IMG/VR virus record: IMGVR_UViG_3300039451_000027
Coordinates: 1 to 64,000 of that record
Strand: one strand, 5' to 3'
DNA: 64,000 bases
Origin: a virus
Every line of letters begins with the position of its first letter. Within the stretch, counting starts at the first letter, position 1. This document shows positions 31,855-43,000 of the stretch, piece by piece. Both the position numbers and the translations under genes were made by a program. The notes under the pieces were generated by a model. The model was given only the letters and a program-made list of their open reading frames with translations, did no database searches and was not told the origin of the DNA.

Positions 31855-34800
31855 ATGGCCGACATGTCCGCCTCCTTGGATGCCAGTGACTTTAAGTCCG
31901 GCATTGCGCAAATTGCCGCAGCCTGCCAGCAGGGGCAGAACGCGATCCAGGACTTCGTCCTCAAGTTCGTCGAGTTTAATCAGAAGGGTCAGCTGAAGCT
32001 CGCGGTGGTGACGGGCTTTGACGAGTTTGGTAACAAGGTCGAGAAGACCTTCGAGCGGACCCTCGCGAAAGTCAACACGGTCTTCAAGCAGACTAGCGAG
32101 AGGTTCACTCAGAATCGCGACAATCTGAAGGCCCTCGCCGACCAGTACAAGCGGGCTGCAGAGGCCGCAGATCTGCTCAATGCCAAGACAGCGGCCTCCG
32201 CGATCTCCGGCTCGTTCGATCAGACCAACGTGGGCGCTGCTGGAACCGCGAGGCAGGCCCAGCTCAGGGCTGGCCAGGGTGCGCTGGTCCGAGCGATAGC
32301 CGGAAGTGGCCTCGGCGTCTCGGATGTGCAGGCCATCCTCGACCGGATCAACCAGGGCTTCGTGGACATTGAGACTGGGGCGAGGGGGAGGGTGCAGGCC
32401 GCCCTCCTCCAGCTCAAGCGAGCCTACGAGGGCATCGACGAGTCCGCGTCGAAGGCTGCCGATAAGCAGAAGCGAGCCCTCGTAGACCAGGCCACCGACG
32501 CCGAGAAGCAAGCGAGGCAGCAGCAGCTCCCGCAGATTGAGCAGACCCTCCGGAGCGCATTCCCCGTTCCTCCGGACGCGAGCATCGCCAAGCTGCAGAG
32601 GTACGAGGCCGCGATCCAATCAATTCTGAGGAGGTTCGCCGCTGGGAAGCTGACCCTCCAGCAGTTCACCGACCTGGTCGCGAAGGTCAGCGCAGATCCA
32701 AGGAGCCCGATCTCCAACCTCTCGCCGGACGAGTCGAGGACGAGGGCCTCCCTGGTCACGCTCAAGACTCTCTTTGACGAAACCGGGCAGGCCGGGAAGA
32801 ACGCCGGCGGTTTGATCCTGATCAGCTGGGCCGGCGTGCTCAGACTCTTCGAGGCCCTGGTTCTCCGGGACATATTCCGGTCGCTCATCCAAGGATTCAC
32901 GGCCTCGATCAGGACCTTCGAGGACTTCAGCATCAAGGTCGGCCAGGTGAGGGCCATCACCCAGGACGCGTCGCTGAGCACCGCCGACTGGACGGCCAAG
33001 CTCAGGGCCCTCTCAAATGAGTTCGGACTCCCGCTCGTCGATACCGCTAGCACCGCGCTGGAGCTCCTGCGATCGAGGTTGGTGAACGGGGCCAATGCCA
33101 CTGAGTTCCTGAGGAAGGGGCTCCAATTCTCGGCCGCGACCGGGCTCGACTCGAAGCAGTCGATCGAGCTACTCAGCGACAGCCTCCGCGTATTCGGCCT
33201 CCACGCGGGGGAGGTCGACCGAGCGGTGGGGGTGCTCTTCACGACGGTGGACAAGGGCGGTGCGTCCGCCGACCAGCTCCAGCACGGTATCGGCAGGCTC
33301 GGCTCTGACGCGGTGGCGGTTGGCGTCAAGTTCGAGGAGGTGGCGGCCGCTGTGTCTGCCCTCACGAGCAAGGGAGTCAAGACGTCTGACGCCCTCTACC
33401 TCGTGCAGTCGGTCCTCAACAAGCTCGTGAACCCGTCCGAGCAGATGAAGGAGCTGTTCAAGGAGATCGGCGTTAGCAGCGGCGAGTCGGCCGTGGGACT
33501 CCTGGGATTCGGCGGCGTGCTCCAGCTCCTGGGAAAGGAGATTGACAAGGGCGGAGTCTCCCGATTGCAGGACCTGGTCAAGGACTTCAAGGCCTTCCGC
33601 GGAGCCGCCAATTTGCAGGGTCCCGCCTTCGGGGACTTCTCCGACCAGCTGTCCAAAGTCACGGAGAACTTGCAGAGGTTCGAGAGTGCTCAGCAGATCG
33701 TCGCTGAGACTGCGGGAACCAAGATCAAGCGGGCGTTTCAGGAGGTCAAGAACGTCGCGACCCTGGACCTGATCGGCGGCTTCGTTGAGAAAGTGTCGGG
33801 GCCGCTTGGCGGATTGGTCGGCCTATTCGAGAAGCTGATCGGGGTAGTGAAGTTGGCGATCAACGTGGCGATCGCCTATGGCGTGGCCTTTGCGACCGTC
33901 AAGATCGCGACGCTCGCGGCCGGGGCCGCTGCCGCGGCCGCTAACGTGCCCATTGGGTTGCTGGCCACGAACCTAGTTCTTGGAATTGGCAGCGCGAGAA
34001 ATTTAGGGACCAGCCTACTTGGACTGATCGCCACGTACAAGGCGCTGGCAGCTCAGGCGATCATAACCGGGGCCGTCCTCCTCACGACGCTCAACGCCGA
34101 CACACCGAAGGAGCGGGCTCTCACCTCCCTCGAGTCCGCGGCATCCGAGCGGAGGCAGGCGCTCCAGGCGACGGAGCTCGAGAAGTTCAATCGCAATCTC
34201 GACAGGGAGAGGGCCGCCTTTGAGAAGAGCTACGGGGACCGCTTCCGGGTGGTGCTAAAGTACCTCGCCGACACGAGGTCGGTCTTCAGCAAGTTCCAGG
34301 ATACCCTCTTTGAGAAGCACGACCCCGTCACTGACCGACTGCGGAAGGGCAACGAGGACGTTATCAAGAGCCTCGAGGACCTTCACCGCAAACTCGCGAT
34401 CGACAAGGAGGATTTGAATAAGATCGAGACCGACGCGGCTTCGAAGATCAAGGCGAGCCAGAAGGAGGCTCGTGGAATCAGGGACAAGGCCGAGGTCAAG
34501 AATTTTCAGGAGGAGCTGAAGGACAGGATCAGCAATACTGTGGGCTCGGCTGGCGGAGTTCAACCACTCGGCCTCAATATCGCTGAGGTCGGCGCGGTGG
34601 TCCAGTTTGCCGAAAGGCTCAAGGGCCAGGCGATCAAGCTCTTCAATAATGACGAGATCGAGGAGGCTCGCAAGAAGCTCGAGGAAATTGACAAGCTCCT
34701 CCAGAACCTCCTCGACAAGCAGCTCAGCTTCCGCGAGAAGGCGGCCAAGTTGGGCGTCGTATTCACCACGCCGGCGACTGGCCCATCGAGCGAAATCGGT

Positions 34801-35886
34801 GGTAGGGTCCTCGACAACCAGAACCTGAGACTCAAGTTTGAGGAGCGGTACCAGAGGAACCAGAAGGCGAGGTACGACAACGCGATCAACTCCGAGCGAC
34901 TCCTGATCCAATTGCAGCAGGAGGCCCTCCGGGTGGAGCAGGCTCGCGACGCGCTGCAGAGTCGCTTTAAGGAGGCTCAGGACAAGCAGAGGACTAGCGC
35001 CTCCGGCTTCTTGTCGAACACCGAAGAGTTCAACAAGCAGTTGAAGAGACTCGACGAGTTCAGGATCGCGAGCGAACCGAGCGCCGGCGGTGGATTCCTT
35101 GGCTTCGGTGACGGCTTCCTCGGCCTCGGAGTGCACGGGCCATTTGGCGCGGAGCTCTCTAGACTGAGGGCGGAGGTCCAGACGGAGTTCAAGAAGCTCA
35201 ACGAGCTGAATCAGAAGTTCTCGAGGGACCCGAATAAGACGGTCGCTGACTTCGATGCCGTCAAGGCGCAGGCCGCCAGGGCGGTTGACTCGCTCGCCAA
35301 GTACAACCTTGAGCGACAGGGGGAGAACGCCAACAAGTTCCAGATCGGCGGAGTCTCACTATTCGACATCGCGACCGACGTGCAGCGGACTGGCGTGAAC
35401 GCGAGGCGGAGCCTCTCCGGGATTTTCGAATCTCGCAAGGAGCTGAGGGACCTCGAATCTCAGGGTGGCGACATCAATCGAGTGATCGACACCCTCCCAG
35501 AGAAGTACCGGAACCTCGGACAGGCCGCTCAGGATGCCGGGGAACTTCAGAAGCGGAGCATCCAGGACGTCGCCGCGGAGCTAGACAGGGCCATACAGAA
35601 GGTGAACGAGCTCCAGCGCGCCTTCGAGAAGTCCAAACAGTTCAAGCCGATCGGCGCGCCGACCAGCGCGATCGAGGGGTTAGACTTTGGGACGTCAGTC
35701 GCCTTCACGCCGAGGAGCAGCCCATCCGCCGGGAGCTTTGCCCTGGAGGCGGGCAGTAGCAGCAGCACAGTGGTTGGCGACATCAACATAACGATGAACT
35801 CAACGGGCGATGCCCAGGCTGACGTGCGGCAGATTGCGGCGGCCCTGCGTCGCGAGATCAGGCGTGGCAACGTGGATCTAACATGA
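31855..35886 (+). CDS. tape measure protein
   Basis: 1343 aa, Ala/Gln/Leu-rich coiled coil, with a central hydrophobic Gly/Ala segment (..IATLAAGAAAAAANVPIGLLATNLVLGIG..). Confidence 0.85.
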   Translation: MADMSASLDASDFKSGIAQIAAACQQGQNAIQDFVLKFVEFNQKGQLKLAVVTGFDEFGNKVEKTFERTLAKVNTVFKQTSERFTQNRDNLKALADQYKRAAEAADLLNAKTAASAISGSFDQTNVGAAGTARQAQLRAGQGALVRAIAGSGLGVSDVQAILDRINQGFVDIETGARGRVQAALLQLKRAYEGIDESASKAADKQKRALVDQATDAEKQARQQQLPQIEQTLRSAFPVPPDASIAKLQRYEAAIQSILRRFAAGKLTLQQFTDLVAKVSADPRSPISNLSPDESRTRASLVTLKTLFDETGQAGKNAGGLILISWAGVLRLFEALVLRDIFRSLIQGFTASIRTFEDFSIKVGQVRAITQDASLSTADWTAKLRALSNEFGLPLVDTASTALELLRSRLVNGANATEFLRKGLQFSAATGLDSKQSIELLSDSLRVFGLHAGEVDRAVGVLFTTVDKGGASADQLQHGIGRLGSDAVAVGVKFEEVAAAVSALTSKGVKTSDALYLVQSVLNKLVNPSEQMKELFKEIGVSSGESAVGLLGFGGVLQLLGKEIDKGGVSRLQDLVKDFKAFRGAANLQGPAFGDFSDQLSKVTENLQRFESAQQIVAETAGTKIKRAFQEVKNVATLDLIGGFVEKVSGPLGGLVGLFEKLIGVVKLAINVAIAYGVAFATVKIATLAAGAAAAAANVPIGLLATNLVLGIGSARNLGTSLLGLIATYKALAAQAIITGAVLLTTLNADTPKERALTSLESAASERRQALQATELEKFNRNLDRERAAFEKSYGDRFRVVLKYLADTRSVFSKFQDTLFEKHDPVTDRLRKGNEDVIKSLEDLHRKLAIDKEDLNKIETDAASKIKASQKEARGIRDKAEVKNFQEELKDRISNTVGSAGGVQPLGLNIAEVGAVVQFAERLKGQAIKLFNNDEIEEARKKLEEIDKLLQNLLDKQLSFREKAAKLGVVFTTPATGPSSEIGGRVLDNQNLRLKFEERYQRNQKARYDNAINSERLLIQLQQEALRVEQARDALQSRFKEAQDKQRTSASGFLSNTEEFNKQLKRLDEFRIASEPSAGGGFLGFGDGFLGLGVHGPFGAELSRLRAEVQTEFKKLNELNQKFSRDPNKTVADFDAVKAQAARAVDSLAKYNLERQGENANKFQIGGVSLFDIATDVQRTGVNARRSLSGIFESRKELRDLESQGGDINRVIDTLPEKYRNLGQAAQDAGELQKRSIQDVAAELDRAIQKVNELQRAFEKSKQFKPIGAPTSAIEGLDFGTSVAFTPRSSPSAGSFALEAGSSSSTVVGDINITMNSTGDAQADVRQIAAALRREIRRGNVDLT

Positions 35887-35899
35887 TCGGAGGATTAAT

Positions 35900-36454
35900 G
35901 TGGACAGCAAGATAAGTTTGGGGGATCGAGTCGATTTCACGCTCGAGGGCAACCCCTCCATGCTTGATGCGATCAAGCGTCTGAAGGGCCGATTTCGAAT
36001 CGAGCACACCGATCGGGATGGAAACCTGATCGGAGAGTATGAGATGGATAATGGAATCACTACGGGCGGGAAGAACTCACTCCTCAACACGTTCTTTAAC
36101 AATACCACGCCGCCAGTGACGTGGTACTTCGGGGTGGTCGACAATAGCGGCTTCTCGGCCTTCACCGATGCGACCGATACGATGTCGTCGCACAGCGGCT
36201 GGAACGAGTTCACGAACGTGAGTGGCAACCGCGTCGCCTGGGGCAACGGCTCGGCGAGCAGCGCGAGCATTACCAACGGCACGGCGGCGACAATCTCGAT
36301 CACTGGATCGGGTACGCTGAAGGGCATCTTCGTCACTACGGTGAATACCGTCGGCGGGACGACGGGCGTCCTCTGGAGCACGGCCGCTTTCTCGAGCACC
36401 GTGAACGTCAACAACGGCGACAACCTCAAGATCACGTACACGGTGAACTGCTAA
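35900..36454 (+). CDS. tail protein paralogous to C-terminus of 13902..14765
   Basis: GTG after GGAGG; shared NSLLNTF.. and ..NNGDNLKITYTVN motifs. Confidence 0.6.
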   Translation: MDSKISLGDRVDFTLEGNPSMLDAIKRLKGRFRIEHTDRDGNLIGEYEMDNGITTGGKNSLLNTFFNNTTPPVTWYFGVVDNSGFSAFTDATDTMSSHSGWNEFTNVSGNRVAWGNGSASSASITNGTAATISITGSGTLKGIFVTTVNTVGGTTGVLWSTAAFSSTVNVNNGDNLKITYTVNC

Positions 36455-37494
36455 TGCAATTGCCTCGGTACTTCAAGCTGTATGCCGATCCGGCCACCAT
36501 CCCGACTGGTGGCCCAAATCAGTCGGGGGATGCTCTGGCCTTCTCTCCTGATAAGAGCTACATCGCCGTGGCCTCTAAGAGCTCGCCCTATATCAACGTG
36601 TATCCGTGGAGCATATATACGGGATTTGGCACTCGGGCGACCAATCCAGCCACGCTGCCGGCAGGGTTGGGAAATGCCATTGCCTGGTCTCCGGATGGTG
36701 CGTACGTAGCCATCGCCCACGTGACCTCCCCATTCGTTAGCGTGTACCCCTGGAGTGGCGGCGCTCTCGGAGCCAAGGTCTCTGATCCGGCTACGCTTCC
36801 GGCTGGGAACGGGAATGCTGTTGCCTGGTCTCCCAATGGTGCCTACATAGCCATTGGGCACAATAATAGCCCCTATGTGAGCGTGTACAACTGGAGCGCT
36901 GGATTTGGTAGCAAGCTCTCGAATCCGGCAACGCTCCCAGCCAGTGCCTGTCTATCAGTGGCCTGGTCGCCGAGCGGGGCCGATTTCGCCGTGGCTCACG
37001 GCAGCAGTCCATACGTTACGGCATATCCGTGGAGCGCTGGATTTGGTGCCAAGTATTCTGATCCTGCAACCTTGCCAGGGAGCAATGGAGTATCGGTCAA
37101 ATTTTCTCCGGATGGTGCCTACATCGCCGTCGCGAGCAGCGTAACGCCGTTCGTCTACGTGTATCCCTGGAGCGCTGGCTTTGGCACCAAGGTCTCAAAT
37201 CCGGCAACGCTCCCAGCCGGTAGCGGCGTGTCCGTTGCGTGGAGCCCATCTGGAGATTTCTTGGTCGTGGCCCATCAGAATGCGCCGTCGTTGAGCATCT
37301 ATCCCTGGAGTGCTGGATTCGGGACCAAGACAGCTGATGGATTCACTGGCATGTGGCCGACGCAAGCTCAGTGCGTTGTGTTCAACGATGACGCCACTAT
37401 TGCCTACTACTCGAATGGTGGCACTCCCTACGTGCACGTAGGAAAATTGCTCTTGAGGCCGGGGCGCGGACTGCTTTCCGGCGGGAGGTTGTAA
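36454..37494 (+). CDS. seven-bladed beta-propeller (WD40/TolB-like) repeat protein
   Basis: Six clear ~46-aa repeats, AWSPDGAYIAxxxxxSPYVxVYPWSAGFGxKxSxPATLP, plus one degenerate repeat. Confidence 0.7.
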   Translation: MQLPRYFKLYADPATIPTGGPNQSGDALAFSPDKSYIAVASKSSPYINVYPWSIYTGFGTRATNPATLPAGLGNAIAWSPDGAYVAIAHVTSPFVSVYPWSGGALGAKVSDPATLPAGNGNAVAWSPNGAYIAIGHNNSPYVSVYNWSAGFGSKLSNPATLPASACLSVAWSPSGADFAVAHGSSPYVTAYPWSAGFGAKYSDPATLPGSNGVSVKFSPDGAYIAVASSVTPFVYVYPWSAGFGTKVSNPATLPAGSGVSVAWSPSGDFLVVAHQNAPSLSIYPWSAGFGTKTADGFTGMWPTQAQCVVFNDDATIAYYSNGGTPYVHVGKLLLRPGRGLLSGGRL

Positions 37495-38225
37495 TGGGCT
37501 TTAAGGGCATCAACGTCCGACAGACGGGCGACCGAATCGTCTTCAGGGAATCCCTAAAAGATTTCTCTGGAAATCAGGTCACGACCGGCACGACCAACCT
37601 CCGAATTTTCGAGCTCCAGAGTGACGGCTCGCTGAAGTCATACGACTTCAGCAGCAACACGTTCAAGACGACAGCTCTGACGACTGCTGTGCAGGCCATG
37701 ACTCATCAGCAGGGGAATAACAGCACCTATAACACTGGAGTCTGGACTTATGCCCTGACGACCTTATCTGGCTTTACCGTGGGCAATATTTATATATACA
37801 GCGTGGACAATGCCAATGCGACCCCCACTCCGATTGAGAGGGAGTTTCAATTCGGTGGAGCCGAGGGCGATATGATCGTCACCTCGTCAGGCTTCCTAGA
37901 AGTTGACGTAGAGGCATTGATAGGGAATGCGACCGCCGCGAGCAGATTAAAGGATCTGTTCACCTCCGCAATTGAGGCGACGGTAGACACGAGTACGTTC
38001 ACTTCCACGACCACCGTGTTCGAAACTTCCATCACGACCAATAAGGACCTCTTCACAAAGCAGGCGCTCTACTTCGTCACCGGCACAAATGCCGGACTCA
38101 CAGTCGGCATTACGACGTATAACTACAGTGGCAACAATAAGGTGAAGTTCACGATCGGCACGACCTTGCCGAATGCTCCCGCCAACGGAGACACCTTCCT
38201 CGTATTCGGAAAGGCCATCGGCTAA
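37494..38225 (+). CDS. hypothetical tail protein (243 aa)
   Basis: Track ORF; start overlaps the upstream stop. Confidence 0.6.
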   Translation: MGFKGINVRQTGDRIVFRESLKDFSGNQVTTGTTNLRIFELQSDGSLKSYDFSSNTFKTTALTTAVQAMTHQQGNNSTYNTGVWTYALTTLSGFTVGNIYIYSVDNANATPTPIEREFQFGGAEGDMIVTSSGFLEVDVEALIGNATAASRLKDLFTSAIEATVDTSTFTSTTTVFETSITTNKDLFTKQALYFVTGTNAGLTVGITTYNYSGNNKVKFTIGTTLPNAPANGDTFLVFGKAIG

Positions 38226-39085
38226 TGCTCCAATTCTTCCTCATCGACGGGCAGTCGGCGCAGCACGCGATCAGCTTCTCTGATCAGGTCGTCCTGGTCA
38301 CGAATCATCCGCCAATCCAGGCCGATACGCTTACCATCAGTGATACCGTCTCTCCGGCGGGCTCGATTTTTAATGCGAGCTTCACTGACACGGTAATCTT
38401 CACGGACGCGATCGCGGTAATCATCAAGGATCAATACGTACTCTCTCAGACTATTGCTCTTTTTGACGCCGTCGTCAACAATGCAAAGAATTTATCTGTC
38501 CTTCACACGATCAGCTTCAGCGATGCGCTCGCGAGGACCAACATCTTCCGAGAGGCGATGGTTGACGCGATCGCTTTTGGACAACTGGCCCTTGAAGGTA
38601 ATAAGATTGTCCTGGTCGACACGATTCAGTTCACTCAATCTGCCCTCAATCCGAGTTTGCACAACGAGGCGATCGAGAGCGAGCTGATCGTGACCCATAG
38701 CCTAGATTCAAACTTTCGCGTCGACCAGCAAGCCCTGACGATCAGGGATGTGGCGACTTTAGTCGGGACTTACAATCTGACGGTGATCGATCCAATTGGC
38801 ATTGCGCAGAGTGTCCTAATCCCAATTTCTGAAGTCCTCACGCAGACGATCTCTTTCGCGTACGCTTTGGATGGTGGAACGAGATTGTACCAGCAGGTGG
38901 TCGACGCGTTGAGCTTTATCGATCTAGCCGCCGGGAGTGCTGGGGCGCCTTCGGCAAGCACCATCAACTTGGGTCAGACGGTCCTTGCCGTCCTCGACCG
39001 AAACCTGTCGCTGACCGATACGATCGGCTTCAAGCAGTCAGCCGTCGGATATGAGCTAACTGGAAGCGGGAGCTGCTGTGTATGA
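38225..39085 (+). CDS. hypothetical tail protein with periodic D-T/A-I/V-x-F motifs (286 aa)
   Basis: Track ORF; recurring ..ISFSD.., ..VIFTDAI.., ..TIALFDAV.., ..TISFSDAL.., ..TIQFTQSA.., ..TISFAYAL.., ..TIGFKQSA... Confidence 0.6.
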   Translation: MLQFFLIDGQSAQHAISFSDQVVLVTNHPPIQADTLTISDTVSPAGSIFNASFTDTVIFTDAIAVIIKDQYVLSQTIALFDAVVNNAKNLSVLHTISFSDALARTNIFREAMVDAIAFGQLALEGNKIVLVDTIQFTQSALNPSLHNEAIESELIVTHSLDSNFRVDQQALTIRDVATLVGTYNLTVIDPIGIAQSVLIPISEVLTQTISFAYALDGGTRLYQQVVDALSFIDLAAGSAGAPSASTINLGQTVLAVLDRNLSLTDTIGFKQSAVGYELTGSGSCCV

Positions 39086-39561
39086 GCACGCCATTAAAGA
39101 GGCTGTACCTCCCCGCCGAGGGGTCTGTAACGATTGCGGGCATCACTGCGCCTCCGCTCTCCGCACCAGTATTATCCCACTCGAAGACCATTACGCTCAC
39201 GTGGCCCTACGTTAGCCCCTCGGTGAGCCTGACGATCAGGGCTCCTGAATTTGGGAACGTGGACGAGGTCCACCAGAAGAGGGTGCTCAGGCAATCGAGG
39301 GGAGGTGACTTAATCGCGTACCGAGATCCAGCGTGGTCCAAATTCAGGAGGCTGAACTACACGATTGCGGGACTGTCAATCTCGGATGCGCAGCTCCTAC
39401 AAGCATTCTTCCTAGACTCCCTCGGGACCGAGATGGGACTCCTTGATTTCGAGAGCCGCCAGTGGCGAGGCTATGTCATCGCCCCGGAGAGCGAGATCGT
39501 TCAGAAGGGCGTGGACTGCCAGTGGGAGGGGAAAATCAACTTTGAGGGAGCGCTAGCATGA
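39082..39561 (+). CDS. small tail protein (159 aa), paralog of next gene
   Basis: Track ORF. Shares the ..L..F....G.E..L.D...R.W.G.. and ..FEG.. pattern with 39558..39926. Confidence 0.6.
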   Translation: MSTPLKRLYLPAEGSVTIAGITAPPLSAPVLSHSKTITLTWPYVSPSVSLTIRAPEFGNVDEVHQKRVLRQSRGGDLIAYRDPAWSKFRRLNYTIAGLSISDAQLLQAFFLDSLGTEMGLLDFESRQWRGYVIAPESEIVQKGVDCQWEGKINFEGALA

Positions 39562-39926
39562 TCGTCCTCCAGGCCCCTCACGAGATCGTGCAGACGGTCA
39601 CGGTGTTACCGAGCCCGAAGCTCGGCGACTCTTACAGGCAGCAGGTAAAGCTGAACTTGAGGCGGTCGATCTCGAACGTCGTGTACACCTATGTGAAGAG
39701 CAGCTCGAGGCAGAGGTTGACGTTCAAGCTTGAGCTCACGAGAATGAAGAGCCTTGAGTTAATCGAGTTCATCAACAGCTACTACGCCTCGAGGATCAGG
39801 CTGACGGACCACAGCGGCCAGGTCTGGGTCGGCAACATAGTTAATGCTCCAGCGAGCTTCGAGGCAATCGGCGTTTGTGAAGTCAATGATTTTACGCTCG
39901 AGTTCGAGGGGGTAAAATTCCCGTGA
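39558..39926 (+). CDS. small tail protein (122 aa)
   Basis: Track ORF; overlapping start/stop with its neighbours. Confidence 0.6.
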   Translation: MIVLQAPHEIVQTVTVLPSPKLGDSYRQQVKLNLRRSISNVVYTYVKSSSRQRLTFKLELTRMKSLELIEFINSYYASRIRLTDHSGQVWVGNIVNAPASFEAIGVCEVNDFTLEFEGVKFP

Positions 39927-40093
39927 GACAGACAGGTGTCCTAGCGATTTCCATACTCATCGTCGGAGCGATCTGGCTCCCGATTTGCGGGGCCGTATTT
40001 CTACTGATCGCCGGGTTGGTCGCCCTCGCCCTAATTGGAGTCTGGTGGTGCGTTGCTACCCTCCGTGATCTGAGTGACGTATTCAAGGTGTGA
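39923..40093 (+). CDS. possible two-TM membrane peptide (56 aa)
   Basis: Not in track; GTGA overlap with the upstream stop. VRQTGVLAISILIVGAIWLPICGAVFLLIAGLVALALIGVWWCVATLRDL... Confidence 0.4.
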   Translation: MRQTGVLAISILIVGAIWLPICGAVFLLIAGLVALALIGVWWCVATLRDLSDVFKV

Positions 40094-40096
40094 GGC

Positions 40097-43000
40097 ATGA
40101 GGAGCTTGACCTCGGCAGCAATAGCCGAGATTGCTGAGCGAACCGGCACCGAGCCAATTAACATCATCCAGGTGTCCTGGACCGATGGCAATACGCAGTC
40201 TTATGCAGACAGGTCAATCGCCGGGATACCCGGCAAGGTGATCAGCATCAGCAACTTGGACGAGGTGATCAAGCTCGAGAATCGCGGGAGTACCGCAAGC
40301 GTGAGCGTTGTGCTCGATGATTCGGACAGCTCGATCCAAGCGCTCCTCGGTGAATTCGACGTGCACCGACGACCCGTCACGATCTTTCAGTACTTCGCCG
40401 GCATGTCCCTCAGCGACGCGTTCGTGCTGATGGTTGGCTGGGTGTCGTCGCCGATCGTTTGGAACGAGGGCGAGCGAACTTTCTCCTTCGACGTACTGTC
40501 CAAATACCTATCGCAAGAGGTCGGCTTCACCCCGGAGCAGGGCCAACTCCCGTACGTGCCCGCAGACTTAGTCGGCAAGACGTGGCCCCTCGCCTTCGGG
40601 AGCGTGGTCAACGTCCCGGCGACCAAATATGCGGAGACGGTGGTCGGCTTCACCGGGGTAGAGTTCGGTTATCCGGACCCGACGCTGGACCTCAAGATTA
40701 GCATCCTTCAGCAGAGGCTCGCAAGGTACGCAGTCACGTACTCGTACTACCAGACCGTCATGCAGATCGCCAGTCAGATTTCCAGAGCTCCGGACCTCAT
40801 CAAAGAGGACTACATTAACCTGATCCTGGAGGAGGACGAGCTCAAGCAGCAGCGCGAGGACTACGCGACGCAGCTCACGGACCTGGATCGCAATCTCCAG
40901 CAGCTGAAGGAGCTCGTGGCCGAGGCCGAGACCGCGCAGGATCAACAGGACGTCCTGAGCACGCTCCAGGCTCAGCAGGGGTACCGACAGCAGCTCGTCG
41001 AGAACCTCCTGCCGATCACGCAGCGGCTCACTGACATCGCGGTCGAGAAGCAGGTCCTCGCAATCGAGGCCGACAATAGGGAGTACGCCTACAAGGTCAT
41101 CGGGGAAGTCAGGACCAAGCTCTTCGCCCTGATCTCAACTTACTACACTGCTGTGGAGACTCTGCACTCAATGCAGGACGCCCTATTCTTACAGCAGAAG
41201 CTCATCCGCGGAACTATCGACGTTGGTAATGGATACCTCTTTCCGCAGGGTGGGACCATATCGGTCATCGTGGAGGGCCTCATATTTCGCGGGACGATGA
41301 CCGGGCGAACCTTCAGCATCGCGAGCCACGGGGCGAGGTACACTGACGTCAAGCTCGGGCCTCGACAGGACAGTCAGGACTCGACCCAACTCTCTCGCCC
41401 CGACGCCTTCTGGATCGCCGATCCGACGATCAATCTCAAGGGTCTCTACCTGCTCTTGGGAAATGGCTACATCACGAAGGTCACGGAGCAGCAGGGGACG
41501 GAGTGCATTATCGAGCTGGTGGAGCGGCAGCAGCCCAGTGGCAAGGAGGCGGGGGACAAGCCGCAGGCTCCACCCGCCGACAGCGACCTCAACATGTTCA
41601 CCTGGTCCCAGCTCGCGGGAGCTCAGGAGCACACCGATGGCGAGCGGGAAAAAATCATCGAGCAGGCCCAGGGCAAGGACGACCAGGGTGACCAGATCAA
41701 GGAGATGCGCAAGAACATTCAGTCGCTCATTGACCTGCTCCCGGAGGCGAGTACGGAGGCCGACGCCAAGGATGTGCAGGATGCCATCTTCAACAACATG
41801 GGGTACTTCAATGACGTGGTGTCGAACCTCACCCTGCCGCCGGACATCCAGGCGAAGGCGGATGAGAAGATCTCGCAGGAGGAATTCGCGCTACTCCTGA
41901 AGCTCCAGAACCTCAAGAAGACAGAGCTCGCCCAAGCCGAGAGCGCTGTGGAGCCCATCCTCCCCTTCCTGAAGAGCAAGTACTTCGTCACTGGACTCGA
42001 CGTTCAGTCCTCCGGAATCCTGGAGGCGTCTCCCTACGTCCTCCCAAGCTGGCTGTCGAGGGTGAGCACCGAGCAGTTCTACCACCTCCCGGCAACCTCC
42101 CCGCTCATAGTCCGAGCCGGGACTCCGGTAACGCTCGCCGACAACTACCAGAATAAGTACATCGCGAACATCCTTCCATCGACCCTCGTAGCGGTCTCTG
42201 CCTTCCGCTCCATACAGGGCTTTCGAGTCCTAGTTCCAGTGCCATCGTCCTTCTACCAGTGGAACGGGAACCTCGCGCTTGGCGTCGTGCAGGACGGCAT
42301 CTTCTACGGGCTCCACGTCTCCCAGCTGCAGTTGATTCGACCCCTCTCAGAGCTTGCCGGCGAGGGCTGGGAGGACCAGCCGTACGTCACCCTGATCTCG
42401 AGCGTCGGACCAAATACCGCCGACGTGATTCAGTTCCTGCTCCAGACCTACAGTAACGTAACTTGCGATTCCGGGAGCTTCGCTGCGGTCCGCGGCTACC
42501 TCGCCAACTACCCCTCCCACTTCGTGCTCGCTAAGCAGTCGGAGGTGATCCAGCTCTGCGAGGACATCGCTTGGCAGGCGAGGTGCCGGATCGACATCAA
42601 GGGCAACGTTGCCCGTCTGACGTACTTGCCGAGGGAGCCGGCTGCGGTCGCCACTATCACGGAGGACTCAGTATTGGAGGGGAGCCTCTCCGTCGAGACG
42701 ACGGAGACCGAGAATCTAGTGACCGAGTTCAGGGCTAAATACACGCCCGACCTGGCCTATCCAGATCGCGTGTACACGGTGGTCCTGCGACACAACTTCA
42801 CTCGCTACGGGAGGATCGAGAAGGACTACGACTTCTTCATCTACAACATCGAGTCGCTCATCCAGAAGTCTGCGACGTTCTGGATGATCCGACTATCCAA
42901 CACCTTCAAGCGGGTCAAGTTCAAGTGCCCCCTCACGATGCTCAACGTCGAGACGGGCGACACGGTCCTCCTGAGCTTCTCGCAGGCATGGGTCGCCTCC

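Noticed and set aside
30811-32619. 602-aa minus-strand ORF antisense to the chaperone/tape-measure region. The same applies to 32424..33380 and 34255..35136.
   Set aside because: High-GC antisense artefacts. They would interrupt an otherwise uninterrupted, translationally coupled plus-strand operon.
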